A stretch of DNA of 64,000 nucleotides from a virus (IMGVR_UViG_3300021255_000140:1-64000), one strand, 5' to 3'. Positions 40,129-51,197 are shown, numbered from the stretch's first letter. Translations and numbers: made by a program. Notes: a model not told the origin generated them from the sequence alone.

Positions 40129-40834
40129 CTATTCCATTAACTCATGAATATAACTATAGCATTTGTCCCACATCTCTTTTTCAAATTGCGCTCTGTCGTT
40201 TTTACTCCATTCAGCAACTTCGTTTCTTGAAACCTCACTCCAACGTCCATTCAATACATTGTTGATATAGAAGTTTGTCATTGCTTTCATGGCATCGACA
40301 TTATGTCGATACCTTTTGCTCGTATATTCCTTCCACAACTGCTTAATGTCTTTCTTGCTTTGTGGTAATCTAAATTTAATTGTCTTCATAATCATTCCTC
40401 CATATACTTTTTGAAATCATCAATAACCAATTTTTCACTTAAATTTGTATGTTCGTTAATCCATTTTGCAGCTTTTTCAATAAAAACATCTTTGCGACTA
40501 TACTCAATGTCATCGTCTTTACACTTCTCTGTAAAACCATAAAGTACTGAATCACTAAAGTCATCATTAGTATCTACATATAATTTCTCTGGCGCTTTCA
40601 TAACTATCCCTCATCTATTATTGTTAATTCATACGTTTTGATTTTTACACCACCGATGTCTGTGAGTACAGGAGTAAATGTACAATACATAGGTTCTATC
40701 CATTTATCTGTTGTCAATCGTTCATCTTGAAACTTTACTGGGGTTCTGACTTTCCCTATGGGTGCATCCCCATGTTCGTTTAGCATTTGTCCCAATCTAC
40801 CATAAAGGTCACTTAGCATCATATAATGTTTCAT
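40129..40834 (-). other. Three small hypothetical genes
   Basis: ORFs 40129-40389, 40392-40601, 40604-40834. Confidence 0.65.
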
Positions 40835-40838
40835 AACT

Positions 40839-41885
40839 TTATCCTCCTATTCTATCTTTGAGGGATTTTAGATGACTTATAATATCATTGACATTAGATG
40901 GAATTTTTGCCAAAGTCAATGTTGACAAATGGTTCAACTCATCAAGAAGCATACATGCCCTATCAATCCATATTTCAACCTCCTTACTCCACTCTTTTTT
41001 GGTTGTGCATTTTGCTTCACAAGCAACTCTTTTTTTGATGGCTTTAAGCCAGTTTATTTGTAGCATATCAATCTCCGCACCTCTAATAACATCTGATATT
41101 ATTGTCCTAAGTATGTTTTCATCCTCTTCGCTCCACTCTTGTTTTGGTTTCACTCGGTCTTTGAGGAATTTAAGAAAATTCATTTGATTATCAGTTAACG
41201 CTGCATCCTCTTGTGTAACTTCAAGTTTTGCAATTATAGCATCATAATAATCTTCGTCCTCTTTACTCCAAGCAGGCTTCTGCATATCTTTTATTCTTTC
41301 TTTTAATGAAAGCATATAATCTACATTTGGATCTTCATTATGAACATTTATAAGTCTGTCATATATCCACTGAAAAAATTGTTGATTAGGAGTAATATAA
41401 TTATGTGCTATAGACTCTATCTTATCAGTAGATTTCTGCTCATCTTCGCAAGTTTTTGTAGAATTAGCAAGAATTTGCGAGTTTTGCTTTTCTAAATGTT
41501 TGAAAAGTTGCTTATCCAACAAAATATCAACCCCATTATCCCTTGCACACATACCCCAAGTATGATCATTATATTTAAAAAATACACCACTATAAGGATT
41601 GGGTTCACCTTGTTCTTCAAGCCAAGTACGATATTTATCTATTCTTTTTTGGTAGGTAGGCAAAGTATTGCCTTCATTATCTACTTCATCGTCATTTGGT
41701 ATAATATATGCAATTTGTTCGAGGAGCTCTTTCCTTATTTTCTCGTCTTTTGATTCACATAGTTCAGGGAAGTAGTGTTCTGCATCTTCTTTCATTGCAC
41801 CTTCCATTGTAGGATATAAATTTTGCATCCATACCAAAGCCTTTTCATATCTTTCTGCTTTTTCTTCAATAGTAAGTTCTTTCAT
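40839..41885 (-). CDS. Hypothetical protein with three WS(K/E)E(D/V)E repeats
   Basis: WSKEDE, WSEEDE, WSKEVE, each followed by a helix ending LK.(L/I)K.R. Confidence 0.75.
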   Translation of the reverse strand: MKELTIEEKAERYEKALVWMQNLYPTMEGAMKEDAEHYFPELCESKDEKIRKELLEQIAYIIPNDDEVDNEGNTLPTYQKRIDKYRTWLEEQGEPNPYSGVFFKYNDHTWGMCARDNGVDILLDKQLFKHLEKQNSQILANSTKTCEDEQKSTDKIESIAHNYITPNQQFFQWIYDRLINVHNEDPNVDYMLSLKERIKDMQKPAWSKEDEDYYDAIIAKLEVTQEDAALTDNQMNFLKFLKDRVKPKQEWSEEDENILRTIISDVIRGAEIDMLQINWLKAIKKRVACEAKCTTKKEWSKEVEIWIDRACMLLDELNHLSTLTLAKIPSNVNDIISHLKSLKDRIGG

Positions 41886-41931
41886 AATTGTTTATTTTTT
41901 ATATTATTTTTAGCAACAAACATATTATATC

Positions 41932-42183
41932 TTATTTGTTTTTTATTATATGTTCACAAAATAACATTGCTAAATAGCATCCAAGAAAGTTTGTAGATGC
42001 CTGTACTGAAATGGCTATCCATAAATCTACCTCTGATATGAACTTAATTACCACAGCAGAAAATGTATAGCAAATACAGTTGGAAAGAGAAGCAATAAAT
42101 TTTCCGGACTTAATAACCAATATACTTCGTACTATATGAAGAAATACATTGATTAGAGAAATTAAGATATATGTTATAATCAC
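41932..42183 (-). CDS. Small multi-pass membrane protein
   Basis: 83 aa, three hydrophobic segments. Confidence 0.65.
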   Translation of the reverse strand: MIITYILISLINVFLHIVRSILVIKSGKFIASLSNCICYTFSAVVIKFISEVDLWIAISVQASTNFLGCYLAMLFCEHIIKNK

Positions 42184-44807
42184 AGCAAATTAAGTTCATT
42201 CAACTTTAATATGAGTTCTACACAAGCATCAACAAAATGCTCATATCTATCAGTTTCTATACTTTCAAAATCCCCATATAAAGAATGGTCTTTATATTCA
42301 AGTTGATACAAGTCGTCATCTTTGTAAATTTGTAAATAATATGAATTACCATCATCATCGCACAACTCATAGGGGATTTGTTCAAGTAATGCTGATAAAC
42401 TCCAAGATGGGATGTCATCTTCTTGTAGATGGAAGAAATCTGTTTCATAATTGGGAATAACTAATACGTGTTTAGTACCATTCATATAGTACATGTCAGC
42501 ACTTTCAAGTGGCAATATTTCAGCCAACCTCTTTGACTGATTTATGTCTGTATAACTCTTAATTGTTGTCATAATTTTTTGTTATATTTTTATTTTTTAT
42601 ATTCAAAATGGTCTATAGTGCTGTTACAAGCAGAACCAATTATATTTGGGCAAAACTTTTCCAACGAACAATCTTTGCATCCACCTCCATGGTTTACTGG
42701 TACATGGCTTGCCCCATTAATTAATATTTCTATTTCCATAGTTTTTATTCATTTTTATATATTATAAAACAATCACTTTTTCTGTAAGGTCTTGCGGCTA
42801 CCAAAACTTCTCCTTCGTTAGTATCGAATAATGTAGTTGCATAGCAATAAGATTTACCATTGGCAGATATTTTGCCTCTTCCTATTGCTTGCTTGACACA
42901 TTCCAATGCCAATGTAGGAGAAATATTGTCCCTAATATCCAGATGTATTTTCATTTCACTTTACTTTGTGGCAATTATTCCATGTATCTTCAATTGCTTG
43001 ATGATAACCAGCAAGATAATGTTGTTCTATTTCTGAAATTGCCCTATTTGTAGGTTCATATTTATTTCCTGTTGTTTCTTCCAATTCTTTTACGATGCCC
43101 TCTATTGCTTTGGAAGCATATTCTTTTGCTCTTTCCTCTGGTGTCATAATTTCTCTTTTTAATCATACATTCCTTTAGGTGCTTCTAATGCAAGACCTTT
43201 CTCAATCATGTGATAAATATCAAACATACGTTTATTTAATTCTTCGATATACTTTTTACAAACTTTTAAATTGATTATATTACATTCAACACCTAATAAA
43301 AGATTACCTTCATTATCAATATCTCCATGAATATTAAGTAATTGAAGTATATCCCTTTTTTCTTCTTCAGTCATACTTGACATTGAACGGAGGTAAGGCT
43401 TAAATTTTTCGTCATTTGAATATTCTAAAAAATGACTAAAATCATCAATAGTATTAATCTTAATATCTACATTATCACTATATCTATGGACAATAAATCC
43501 ATAAGACAATCTTATATAAAGATTTTTAAGTAGCAATTGTTTTTGTTCTTCTTCCATTTTATTTTTCTTCAATTAATTCTTTATTCTTAGAATCCCATTT
43601 ATATCCTTTTTCTTTTAATTTAGAAAAGAAAATATTTTTCTCATTTTTAGTAGCTAAACGAGAATTATTATTAATAAGCCAACATTTATCAGTTATTTGT
43701 AAATTTCCACTTATATCTATTCCTGCAAATGCAATAAGAAAATTATAAGATGTATCTACCCACTCTTTAAATAAAATTGTTATTTGTCCGGATACTATAA
43801 TATCACCTATTTTCGCATCTTTTAAATCCCAATTTTTAATCCAACCCTTTTTCCTATCAAATTTTATATTTTCTTTATAAAAATCTTCTACTCCTTTTCT
43901 ATGTATAAATGAAGGCTGTAAATAGTCATTATCTTTCCAATGTTTATTTGGATAATGAACACATTCAGCTATTTTGTCCCATATAGCAATAGTCCAAACA
44001 TTATACTGAAGTATTAATTGAGCCATACATTCATCACATTCTTTATCTGAAAAGAAATTCTTCGCTTCTTCCTTATTGTATGTGAATTCTACTTTATTAT
44101 TTATAAAAGATTTTACAAATAATCTATTTTTATTTTCCCAGGCTCCCATATAAGTATGAGCTAAATTACCCTCATACCCATCTTCCTGCTTTAGACATAC
44201 TACTATTTTAGCCATAAATTCTTTATTTATCTAAATTTTATTTTTCGTTTACAACAAGGACATATTATAATTATATTTCTTTTAAAACCTGCAGTATCTC
44301 CTTGCTTAGAAGTTGAAAGATAAGCTTGTGCTCTATCTTCCATCTATCCCAATCCGCAGTTTTAAGAAGTTCGGGATTAGCCAACATTCCTTGCATGGCT
44401 GCTATTGCTGCCTGTATTCTTACTCCTTGCCATTCATCTGGAAGTTGTATTATGTGGTTTTGAAACTCACATTCTTTTTCTCCGTCAGATGTCCTGTAGT
44501 GGCAATCCATTGTGCAATCCTTGCATTTCATAACCTATTGTTCTTTTCGTTCAAATAATTCACAAGCCTTTGTCGATGGCTGTACACTATAATTGTAATT
44601 TTTCTTGCCATAAGTCCTGACGGCACAATGATAAAAATTAAATCCTTTTGGATGTAGAGTACAATGCTTGCAATTCCTGCACCTTAAAGCAGTTTTCATT
44701 TCTTCTTCCTTTTGCGCTTTTACAAGTTCTGCTCTTCTTTTCAATTCTTCTTTAAGTTCTTTTGTCGTAAAAGCATTAAGTACAAGTTTTCTAATTGATT
44801 TCAACAT
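42180..44807 (-). other. Block of 8 small hypothetical genes (very AT-rich)
   Basis: 42180-42572, 42590-42739 (hand-found, CxxC), 42745-42954, 42956-43147, 43159-43557, 43559-44215, 44271-44531, 44535-44807. Confidence 0.7.
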
Positions 44808-44838
44808 AATCTGTTTATTTTATTCTAATTACAATTTG

Positions 44839-44929
44839 TAGGAAGTGGAGGATTCGGACCTCTCCTTTGCTTGTAATTGATATTCATCTCTTACATTAGC
44901 ATTGTGCTACCCATTACACCGCATTTCCC
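44839..44929 (-). ncRNA. tRNA-like element with extended anticodon arm
   Basis: GGAAATG/CACTTCC acceptor, D arm GTGT-AATGGGTA-GCAC, T arm GAGG-TCCGAAT-CCTC, anticodon arm replaced by a long hairpin. Confidence 0.55.
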
Positions 44930-44995
44930 TTTTAGAAAGTGGCACAAATATATAGGCAAAAGTTTCCAAAGTTTCAAAGTTCCTGACCAAAAAGT

Positions 44996-45041
44996 TGGCG
45001 GTACTTGCAGGTGTCGAACCTACTCCATTGCCTACTATACC
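44996..45041 (-). ncRNA. tRNA minihelix-like element (acceptor + T arm + CCA)
   Basis: GGTAT...GTAGG-TTCGACA-CCTGC-AA-GTACC-G-CCA. Confidence 0.5.
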
Positions 45042-45048
45042 ATGCCAC

Positions 45049-45723
45049 TTATACCTTTCTACCTCTGAAGGAACGTGTTTCAAAGACAATCTTTGTCATC
45101 ATTTCATTAAATCTGTCTGCAATACGGTCTTTGTATTTTTCACGGATCTCCTGCGGACGGAGATTGGTTGATACTATTGTTAATAGTTGTTCGTCATACC
45201 TATACGATAGTAATTCAATTACAGGGTTAATAACATTGCCATAACTCAATACCTCCATAGGCTCAACTCCCAAATCGTCTATAGCAAGCATCGGCTTGGT
45301 CATATAGTTCTTAAACGTTTCGTATTTTTCTTTGCTTAGCCTTGCCAGCTCTCTTGCGTTAAGCAATGAAATGCCGCAAATACGACCATAATCATCCTTG
45401 ATGTTTAGAGAGTTTATCAAGGTTTGAATAGCTTTGACAAGTGTAGTCTTCCCATTCCCAGGCATACCGCATAAAATAAGTCCAGGCGTTTTAGGCGAAT
45501 GTAACCACTTTGATGCAATGTCTATATATTTTACGGTCCCGTCGTCATTGATATAAGTAAGGTGTCTATAAGCGACTTCGGCCATGTATGAAGCCGTAAG
45601 CAAGTCTCTCACTTGCTCTTCCGTATAAGGGATCTTAAAAAACTCCTTCGTAGTCCTCTGATGTAGTAGCCGTGACATCAGTTCCTCTACGTTTATCTTT
45701 TTGTCTTTGTCTATCTGTAACAT
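45049..45723 (-). CDS. DnaC/IstB-like AAA+ helicase loader
   Basis: GMPGNGKTT, LAIDDLG, STNL, DRIADRF. Confidence 0.9.
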   Translation of the reverse strand: MLQIDKDKKINVEELMSRLLHQRTTKEFFKIPYTEEQVRDLLTASYMAEVAYRHLTYINDDGTVKYIDIASKWLHSPKTPGLILCGMPGNGKTTLVKAIQTLINSLNIKDDYGRICGISLLNARELARLSKEKYETFKNYMTKPMLAIDDLGVEPMEVLSYGNVINPVIELLSYRYDEQLLTIVSTNLRPQEIREKYKDRIADRFNEMMTKIVFETRSFRGRKV

Positions 45724-46360
45724 CTTTTTCTATGTTTAGTTGTATTCTCAGCCAATTGCAGAAATGTCTCTTTATCTCTCTTAAATACTTATGTTCTGTA
45801 CCCTCGCAATCAAGGTCAAGTGCGAATGCATCGATTTTTTTGATGATATATTCAGATGATACTGAAAATTTCATTGCCATCTGTTCAATCCATATTTGCG
45901 AATGTTTCATTTCGTCAATAAAATCTATATCGTCAGGCTCATCCATGATAGGTCTCGCTAATGTAACTTTTTCCCCGCGAATTAAATCCGCACTCGTATT
46001 GTCGTTATATGCTGGTTTGGCTACATTGTTTTCAACATTGTCATCGCAGACATATTTCCCGTAATTGCAAATAGTCAGGATAGAACTATGCCTGTATACA
46101 ACATGTCTTGTAATCATGCCTTCGCTTTCAAGCCATTTCAGGAATTTTATTGTGGTTGGACGGCTTATTTTCCATCTTGCAGATAAGAAGGAAGCTGATG
46201 CAATCATCTGCCCACGTCGCACTGCTATCAGATGCGTGTCTTGTATAACATGCTTATATTCGGTGGCTGCAAGAAACAGCAAGTCGGACCATCGTTTAAG
46301 ATACTCCGGATTACTCCATATTAGACCTCCTGCGATTTCATCACTAAGTTTAATAAACAT
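45635..46360 (-). CDS. Phage replication initiator
   Basis: FIKL...RGQMIAS..LSARW..SRPT..KFL..LE..GMI HTH, ICNY..Y, C-terminal RHFCNWL; directly upstream of loader. Confidence 0.75.
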   Translation of the reverse strand: MFIKLSDEIAGGLIWSNPEYLKRWSDLLFLAATEYKHVIQDTHLIAVRRGQMIASASFLSARWKISRPTTIKFLKWLESEGMITRHVVYRHSSILTICNYGKYVCDDNVENNVAKPAYNDNTSADLIRGEKVTLARPIMDEPDDIDFIDEMKHSQIWIEQMAMKFSVSSEYIIKKIDAFALDLDCEGTEHKYLREIKRHFCNWLRIQLNIEKDVTDRQRQKDKRRGTDVTATTSEDYEGVF

Positions 46361-46378
46361 GCTTGTAAAATAATTCCT

Positions 46379-46651
46379 TTATCTTTTGTTTCTGTCGATA
46401 TAAGATTTTCTTACTTCGTACAAAGAAGAAATAGGGTCATCTTTGAACAGATTGAACGGGCAAATCGGTATGCTCATAAATGTAAGCCATAACTCTTTAT
46501 TAAGTTCCTTTATCTGAAACTTTTCGTTGGCATCCCCTGTAATTCTCCTGTACTCTTTCTCTATTCTCTTCTTTCTCTGATGCTCTCTCCATACTTTCAT
46601 ACGGAGAAATAGATTTGCATTGCTCATATTGTTAAATATTTTTATTAACAT
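46379..46651 (-). CDS. Hypothetical protein
   Basis: ORF track; start uncertain. Confidence 0.6.
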   Translation of the reverse strand: MLIKIFNNMSNANLFLRMKVWREHQRKKRIEKEYRRITGDANEKFQIKELNKELWLTFMSIPICPFNLFKDDPISSLYEVRKSYIDRNKR

Positions 46652-47393
46652 CTCTCATTCTGAACGCTACGGAAATAACACGCGATACCTTCTCCCGTTT
46701 CACGTATTCTTCTATTTCTGTGTATTTTATATTATGCCTAAATTTTGGCAATATGGAATACTTGTATTCTTTGTGTTTTTGCCGCAATGTGTCGAAACAT
46801 GCGTTAGCCTCGTCATAAGACATCAATATGGCTTCATCTGAATAATTTTTAAGGCTTATTTCCCCATTTTCTGTGTTAAAAAATTTCGTTTCCCCAGTGC
46901 TACATGATGTGCATAAAATCATGAACATCTGCGACAAGAGTAAATTCTTCCATGTAATGTATATGGTTTCAATGTACGCTTTCACATTTTTTGTTGCCCG
47001 AATTGTTTTTAACGTATCTTCAGCGACGGACTTGACGGCCATAATCAAAGCTTCATCTATATCTATGGAGAACTCTGCCGTTCCTTTTCCTCGCCTTGAT
47101 GTGTAGAATCTCCCTTTGTTATCTACAATTACAAAGAATTGGTTGAAGCTTTTCTCTTCATAAAATTGGCGCAAGTCGCAAAAAAGTGTAGTAACCTTTT
47201 TATTACGTACAGTTTGCATTATGCATTCTGGAATTTCTTTAGATAGATACAAGGCATCAAAAACATTGAACGTTAATTTTGTCCTATTCCTCAATATTCC
47301 TTTTCCAACATCTTTTACGAATCGGATAGCATCAACCTTTTTTCCGTTCGTTATTTGGCATATAATCTTTCCCATTTGTTTCGTCTTTGACAA
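46632..47393 (-). CDS. Hypothetical protein
   Basis: 253 aa ORF. Confidence 0.7.
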   Translation of the reverse strand: MSKTKQMGKIICQITNGKKVDAIRFVKDVGKGILRNRTKLTFNVFDALYLSKEIPECIMQTVRNKKVTTLFCDLRQFYEEKSFNQFFVIVDNKGRFYTSRRGKGTAEFSIDIDEALIMAVKSVAEDTLKTIRATKNVKAYIETIYITWKNLLLSQMFMILCTSCSTGETKFFNTENGEISLKNYSDEAILMSYDEANACFDTLRQKHKEYKYSILPKFRHNIKYTEIEEYVKREKVSRVISVAFRMRDVNKNI

Positions 47394-48069
47394 TTATCGT
47401 ATTTTCCATGAAGTCTGGGTTGTTCCGTCGCGCCTCATCCATACACGATTGTATGTAAGACCCGTCTGCGAATTTCTTCTGCATATTCAGGAACGCTTCA
47501 TCTGTTTCTTCGGTATTAGTCTTTATATTGATGCCTTCATAGAGCACATCGCACATTCTATTCCATTTCAAGAATATATCACCTACGCGATACTCTTTGA
47601 AATCAGAGGAAAAGTCTCGTCCAAATTTCTTTTTACACTCTTCCATTACTCCGTCATATTGTTTCACACTCATTTCAAGAAGGACTCTGGCACATTCTAC
47701 GTATGAGTACAATTCTGACGAACACAATGCGGTTTTGTCTAATTCATTCTTTATCGCAGATCTAAACTTTGCAATGTCTGGGGCGGCTTCATCTATAATA
47801 TGGTCAGAATAGTCAAGCCAGAATGACTTGTTAATCATATTGCTTTTTAGCTCTTGCTCCCGTATTAGCGCAGCTTCTATAGCCTGATTACAGTGTTTCT
47901 TGACGGTAAAGCGGAAAATCTTCTTATTTGTCCTCAAGTGGTATAATGCAGAGTACATCTCATTGAAGGCTGAAATGACTGCAAGGCTTACCCCGAAATC
48001 AACTACGCGCGACACCCATTTGAGACATTCAAGTTCTTTCTCGCTATAATAGAATACTTTTTTTGCCAT
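47332..48069 (-). CDS. Hypothetical protein
   Basis: 245 aa ORF. Confidence 0.7.
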   Translation of the reverse strand: MAKKVFYYSEKELECLKWVSRVVDFGVSLAVISAFNEMYSALYHLRTNKKIFRFTVKKHCNQAIEAALIREQELKSNMINKSFWLDYSDHIIDEAAPDIAKFRSAIKNELDKTALCSSELYSYVECARVLLEMSVKQYDGVMEECKKKFGRDFSSDFKEYRVGDIFLKWNRMCDVLYEGINIKTNTEETDEAFLNMQKKFADGSYIQSCMDEARRNNPDFMENTIIVKDETNGKDYMPNNERKKG

Positions 48070-48073
48070 TTTT

Positions 48074-48874
48074 TCAGAATAATGTAGGTTGCTGTTTCTC
48101 GTTTTCTAATCTTTTCTTGCCAAGGTTGAAATAATTCTCGTCTTTTTCAATGAGGATGTATCTTCTTTTCTCCCGTATGCAAGCCACTCCTGTTGACATA
48201 CTTCCGGCACAGTTGTCAAGTACGACATCGCCATCGTTTGAATATGTCCGTATCAGCCAATGCAGGAGTTCCACAGGTTTCTGTGTCGGATGGATGCAGC
48301 ATTTTTCCTTTGGGAAGTGCAGAACACTCATCGGGAAACCTTTTCCTGTAGGTCTTACGACCTTGATGTGGGCATAGTCATAAGTCGCTCCGACTTTTTG
48401 TTTTATTTCTTTATATTCTCCGTAGAGTCTGTTTGTTACCTTGTGTTCTCCATTTCCGCGAGGATGAGTGTCAACATTTCTCCACTGCGGATTATATACG
48501 CATTGCTTGCGATAGAATACACATATATCTTCATGACTTCGCATAGGCATACGATTGGCATTGAGGAAACCTGTTGCACGACCTTTCTCCCAAACAAGAT
48601 TGTACTTCCACAACTTAGGATTTGACATCATAAGTTGTGCTGTAAACATTCCTTGTGCGAAAAGTACAATCGCTCCATTGTCCTTGATAATGCGCTCGTA
48701 TTGCGCCCACAATGGCTCAAACGGAATTATTCTGTCCCATTGGACGTGAGGATTGTTTTTGTGGAGAACTTCGTATGGCAAATCGCACAATATCATGTCA
48801 ACGCTCTTGCTCTTAATCGTTGGCATAATATCAAGACAATCACCGCAAATAATCAGATTATCCGGCTCTTTCAT
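48074..48874 (-). CDS. DNA N6-adenine/N4-cytosine methyltransferase (beta class)
   Basis: GDCL, ILCDLPY (motif IV), HPTQKP, VLDNCAGSMSTG (motif I). Confidence 0.92.
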   Translation of the reverse strand: MKEPDNLIICGDCLDIMPTIKSKSVDMILCDLPYEVLHKNNPHVQWDRIIPFEPLWAQYERIIKDNGAIVLFAQGMFTAQLMMSNPKLWKYNLVWEKGRATGFLNANRMPMRSHEDICVFYRKQCVYNPQWRNVDTHPRGNGEHKVTNRLYGEYKEIKQKVGATYDYAHIKVVRPTGKGFPMSVLHFPKEKCCIHPTQKPVELLHWLIRTYSNDGDVVLDNCAGSMSTGVACIREKRRYILIEKDENYFNLGKKRLENEKQQPTLF

Positions 48875-49271
48875 CGTTAACTCTATCTCCTATGCCTATG
48901 ATGAATACCGGTCTGTCTTCAGGAGCTCCCCAGCAAGGCTTGCCGAAGCCTATTCTCATGCCTGTTATCTTGTATTTCATTCTCCGCGTAGTATATCCAT
49001 AACCAAAATCGACAAAATCATAATCTTTGTATTTGAACAAAGACGATTGGATCATGTGTACAAGTTTGTTGTAATTTTCTTTTCTGCAATAGAAACTCGC
49101 GACATTTTCATCAATTTTTTTTAAGTACTCTCCTTCATCGTTCAATTCAATGAGTCTCTTGAACCAATACGGAGTCAAATCCCGATACTCTTCCGGCTTG
49201 ACACCTTCTTCTATCATTATGTAGTATTTCGCAAAAAGCGGTAAGTGTAGTGTTTTATTGTTCTTTTTCAT
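48858..49271 (-). CDS. ASCH-domain protein
   Basis: LHLPL...YYIMI..G.K.EEYR...YW..RL, GYGY. Confidence 0.75.
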   Translation of the reverse strand: MKKNNKTLHLPLFAKYYIMIEEGVKPEEYRDLTPYWFKRLIELNDEGEYLKKIDENVASFYCRKENYNKLVHMIQSSLFKYKDYDFVDFGYGYTTRRMKYKITGMRIGFGKPCWGAPEDRPVFIIGIGDRVNDERAG

Positions 49272-49309
49272 TTTGTCTTTTTTTTATTTGATGATGCGTG
49301 TGTCATCCT

Positions 49310-49507
49310 TCAGAACTCTATATGCCATTTTCTCCGGTTGAGCGACGGCCGTTTCTCCAGGACATACCGCCTGACTGCCGCCATGCTTATCACCGGCTTG
49401 TCGTCCTCATAATCAATGATGCTCCCAAGTCCCAACGGCATACGCATTGTGCAGATAAACATTCCGTCGTCACTCATTACATCGAATGTGAATTTCTGTA
49501 TCATCAC
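49310..49507 (-). CDS. Hypothetical protein
   Basis: FTFDVM..FICTM...VLEKRPSL. Confidence 0.65.
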   Translation of the reverse strand: MMIQKFTFDVMSDDGMFICTMRMPLGLGSIIDYEDDKPVISMAAVRRYVLEKRPSLNRRKWHIEF

Positions 49508-49749
49508 CTCAACCCGTTTATTATCTCTTCGTCAAAACCAGGCAGGAAAGGATTGCTCTCTTTTTCCTGTCTGAGTGCCAGCCAGCCGTCAATAGACTTG
49601 ATGGCCTTGTCAAGTTCTTTCTCCAGCGCGAGAGATTTTTCCAGCGCGTCACGCTTGGCAAACACGTTTTCACGCGGTATGCCGTAATATGTCTTCTGTG
49701 CATTGCGCACACTGACCACGAGGTCATAAAATTCCTTTACTGTTACCAT
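49504..49749 (-). CDS. Hypothetical protein
   Basis: EFYDLV..VRNAQKTYY...SLALEKELDK. Confidence 0.65.
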   Translation of the reverse strand: MVTVKEFYDLVVSVRNAQKTYYGIPRENVFAKRDALEKSLALEKELDKAIKSIDGWLALRQEKESNPFLPGFDEEIINGLR

Positions 49750-49756
49750 AAACCAT

Positions 49757-50206
49757 TTATTGATTTGTTTCTCCTTTAACATTTATGAAATGGTACCCGT
49801 CACGCGCATTGCCGCTGTTTATGGCATTCCATAGTGACTTATACGGAATCTTGAAATGCTTACTGCATTCCCTTACCGATGAAAAGATTTCTCCTGTTTC
49901 TACGCATTTTATTGGCTGTTCCCAATACTTCTTAATTTTACTTTGTTTTTCAGGTATAAATTCCATTTTAATCGGCTTTGATGAAATTCCTGCCTTTAAT
50001 TTTTCCAAACTGGTTGCCATTATTTTCATATTCATCTCTGATTTCGTCAAAAATTTCAATTCTTGCAAATCAAGCACTTTTATTTCGCAATCCCTGAAAG
50101 CTCTGCTATAACTGACAACATCTTCAATCTCGTCGGTGTAGAATGAATGGATGTATTTTTTTTTACAAAAGATGTATATGAGGTAGTTTTTCTCTATTTC
50201 AAACAT
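49757..50206 (-). CDS. Protein with C-terminal NUMOD1-like DNA-binding motif
   Basis: IKCVETGEIFSSVRECSKHF. Confidence 0.6.
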   Translation of the reverse strand: MFEIEKNYLIYIFCKKKYIHSFYTDEIEDVVSYSRAFRDCEIKVLDLQELKFLTKSEMNMKIMATSLEKLKAGISSKPIKMEFIPEKQSKIKKYWEQPIKCVETGEIFSSVRECSKHFKIPYKSLWNAINSGNARDGYHFINVKGETNQ

Positions 50207-50535
50207 GTTTTTGTGTTTTTTGTTTTCTCCAACTTTTCCAACACTGCGTCAGCGATTTGTACAGACATCAGTGCTACTTGCTCGGCCATCGTCGGCTCCG
50301 TAATAGAGCCGCCACGCAATAAGGTTTCTCTTATAGCCTCTATGCATTGCGGCATCGCCATTCCTGCAAGGAATGTACGCTTTTCCTCTCGCTTATATTT
50401 TTCGTGAGGAGGTGCGTCGCATCCTCCATAGATGTATACTCCATTGAAATTTACAAATTCAGGTTCGCATGTAAACAACATTTCTTGATATGCAGAAAAA
50501 ACATCACTGCCTATTGGAATTTTTTTCTCTTTCAT
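50194..50535 (-). CDS. Hypothetical protein
   Basis: LAGMAM...SVQIADAVLEKL. Confidence 0.65.
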   Translation of the reverse strand: MKEKKIPIGSDVFSAYQEMLFTCEPEFVNFNGVYIYGGCDAPPHEKYKREEKRTFLAGMAMPQCIEAIRETLLRGGSITEPTMAEQVALMSVQIADAVLEKLEKTKNTKTCLK

Positions 50536-50639
50536 AGTATCGGTTAATAAAATATATACACGCTAACAACATACACGGCTATAATCCACAGAACTAAAAG
50601 GATCTCCTTGGCAGTCTGCCTTACGTTCTCTTTCATGAT

Positions 50640-51197
50640 TTAGAATAAATTAAGTTGTTCAGGTTTTCGCTGTTTGTTTCCAGCGTTGAGTGTTTGTTCA
50701 ATAAACAGATTCTTGAAAATATGGAACATGCAACTGACTACAATCGAGTTGCCCGCAAGTTTATAACAACTGCTGTTTGATACACCACTGTTCATAATCT
50801 TGTCGATGTCTTTGTCCTCCACATCCATCAGGCGAAATGCCTCGCGTGGTGTAAGTTTACGTATTCGCATCACAACAGGAAGTATGTCTTCACATAGCTG
50901 TATAGCCTCATTTCTCTCCAAAAACTGATAATTGCATATTTTGTAAATGGAGTAGTCGACTATTTCTTTAAGATAGTCAGTATGGCACCATTCGGCAGCT
51001 AAAATTTTCAGTCTTCTCTTTGTTTCATCCGTAAATGATACCGCTTTTTCTTCGCTGTGCTTAAATGCGTAAAGTTCCGGGAAAATTACCTTAAATACTT
51101 TTAGGCATTCATCTTGTGTATTCTCTATCCCGTACAACCTGCGGCAAGCACGATATACGATTCTTACTAACCTGTGAAAATTCTTATTTTGTTTCAT
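50640..51197 (-). CDS. C5-cytosine DNA methyltransferase, C-terminal part (motifs IX-X)
   Basis: RIRKLTPREAFRLM (IX), YKLAGNSIVV (X). Confidence 0.88.
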   Translation of the reverse strand: MKQNKNFHRLVRIVYRACRRLYGIENTQDECLKVFKVIFPELYAFKHSEEKAVSFTDETKRRLKILAAEWCHTDYLKEIVDYSIYKICNYQFLERNEAIQLCEDILPVVMRIRKLTPREAFRLMDVEDKDIDKIMNSGVSNSSCYKLAGNSIVVSCMFHIFKNLFIEQTLNAGNKQRKPEQLNLF

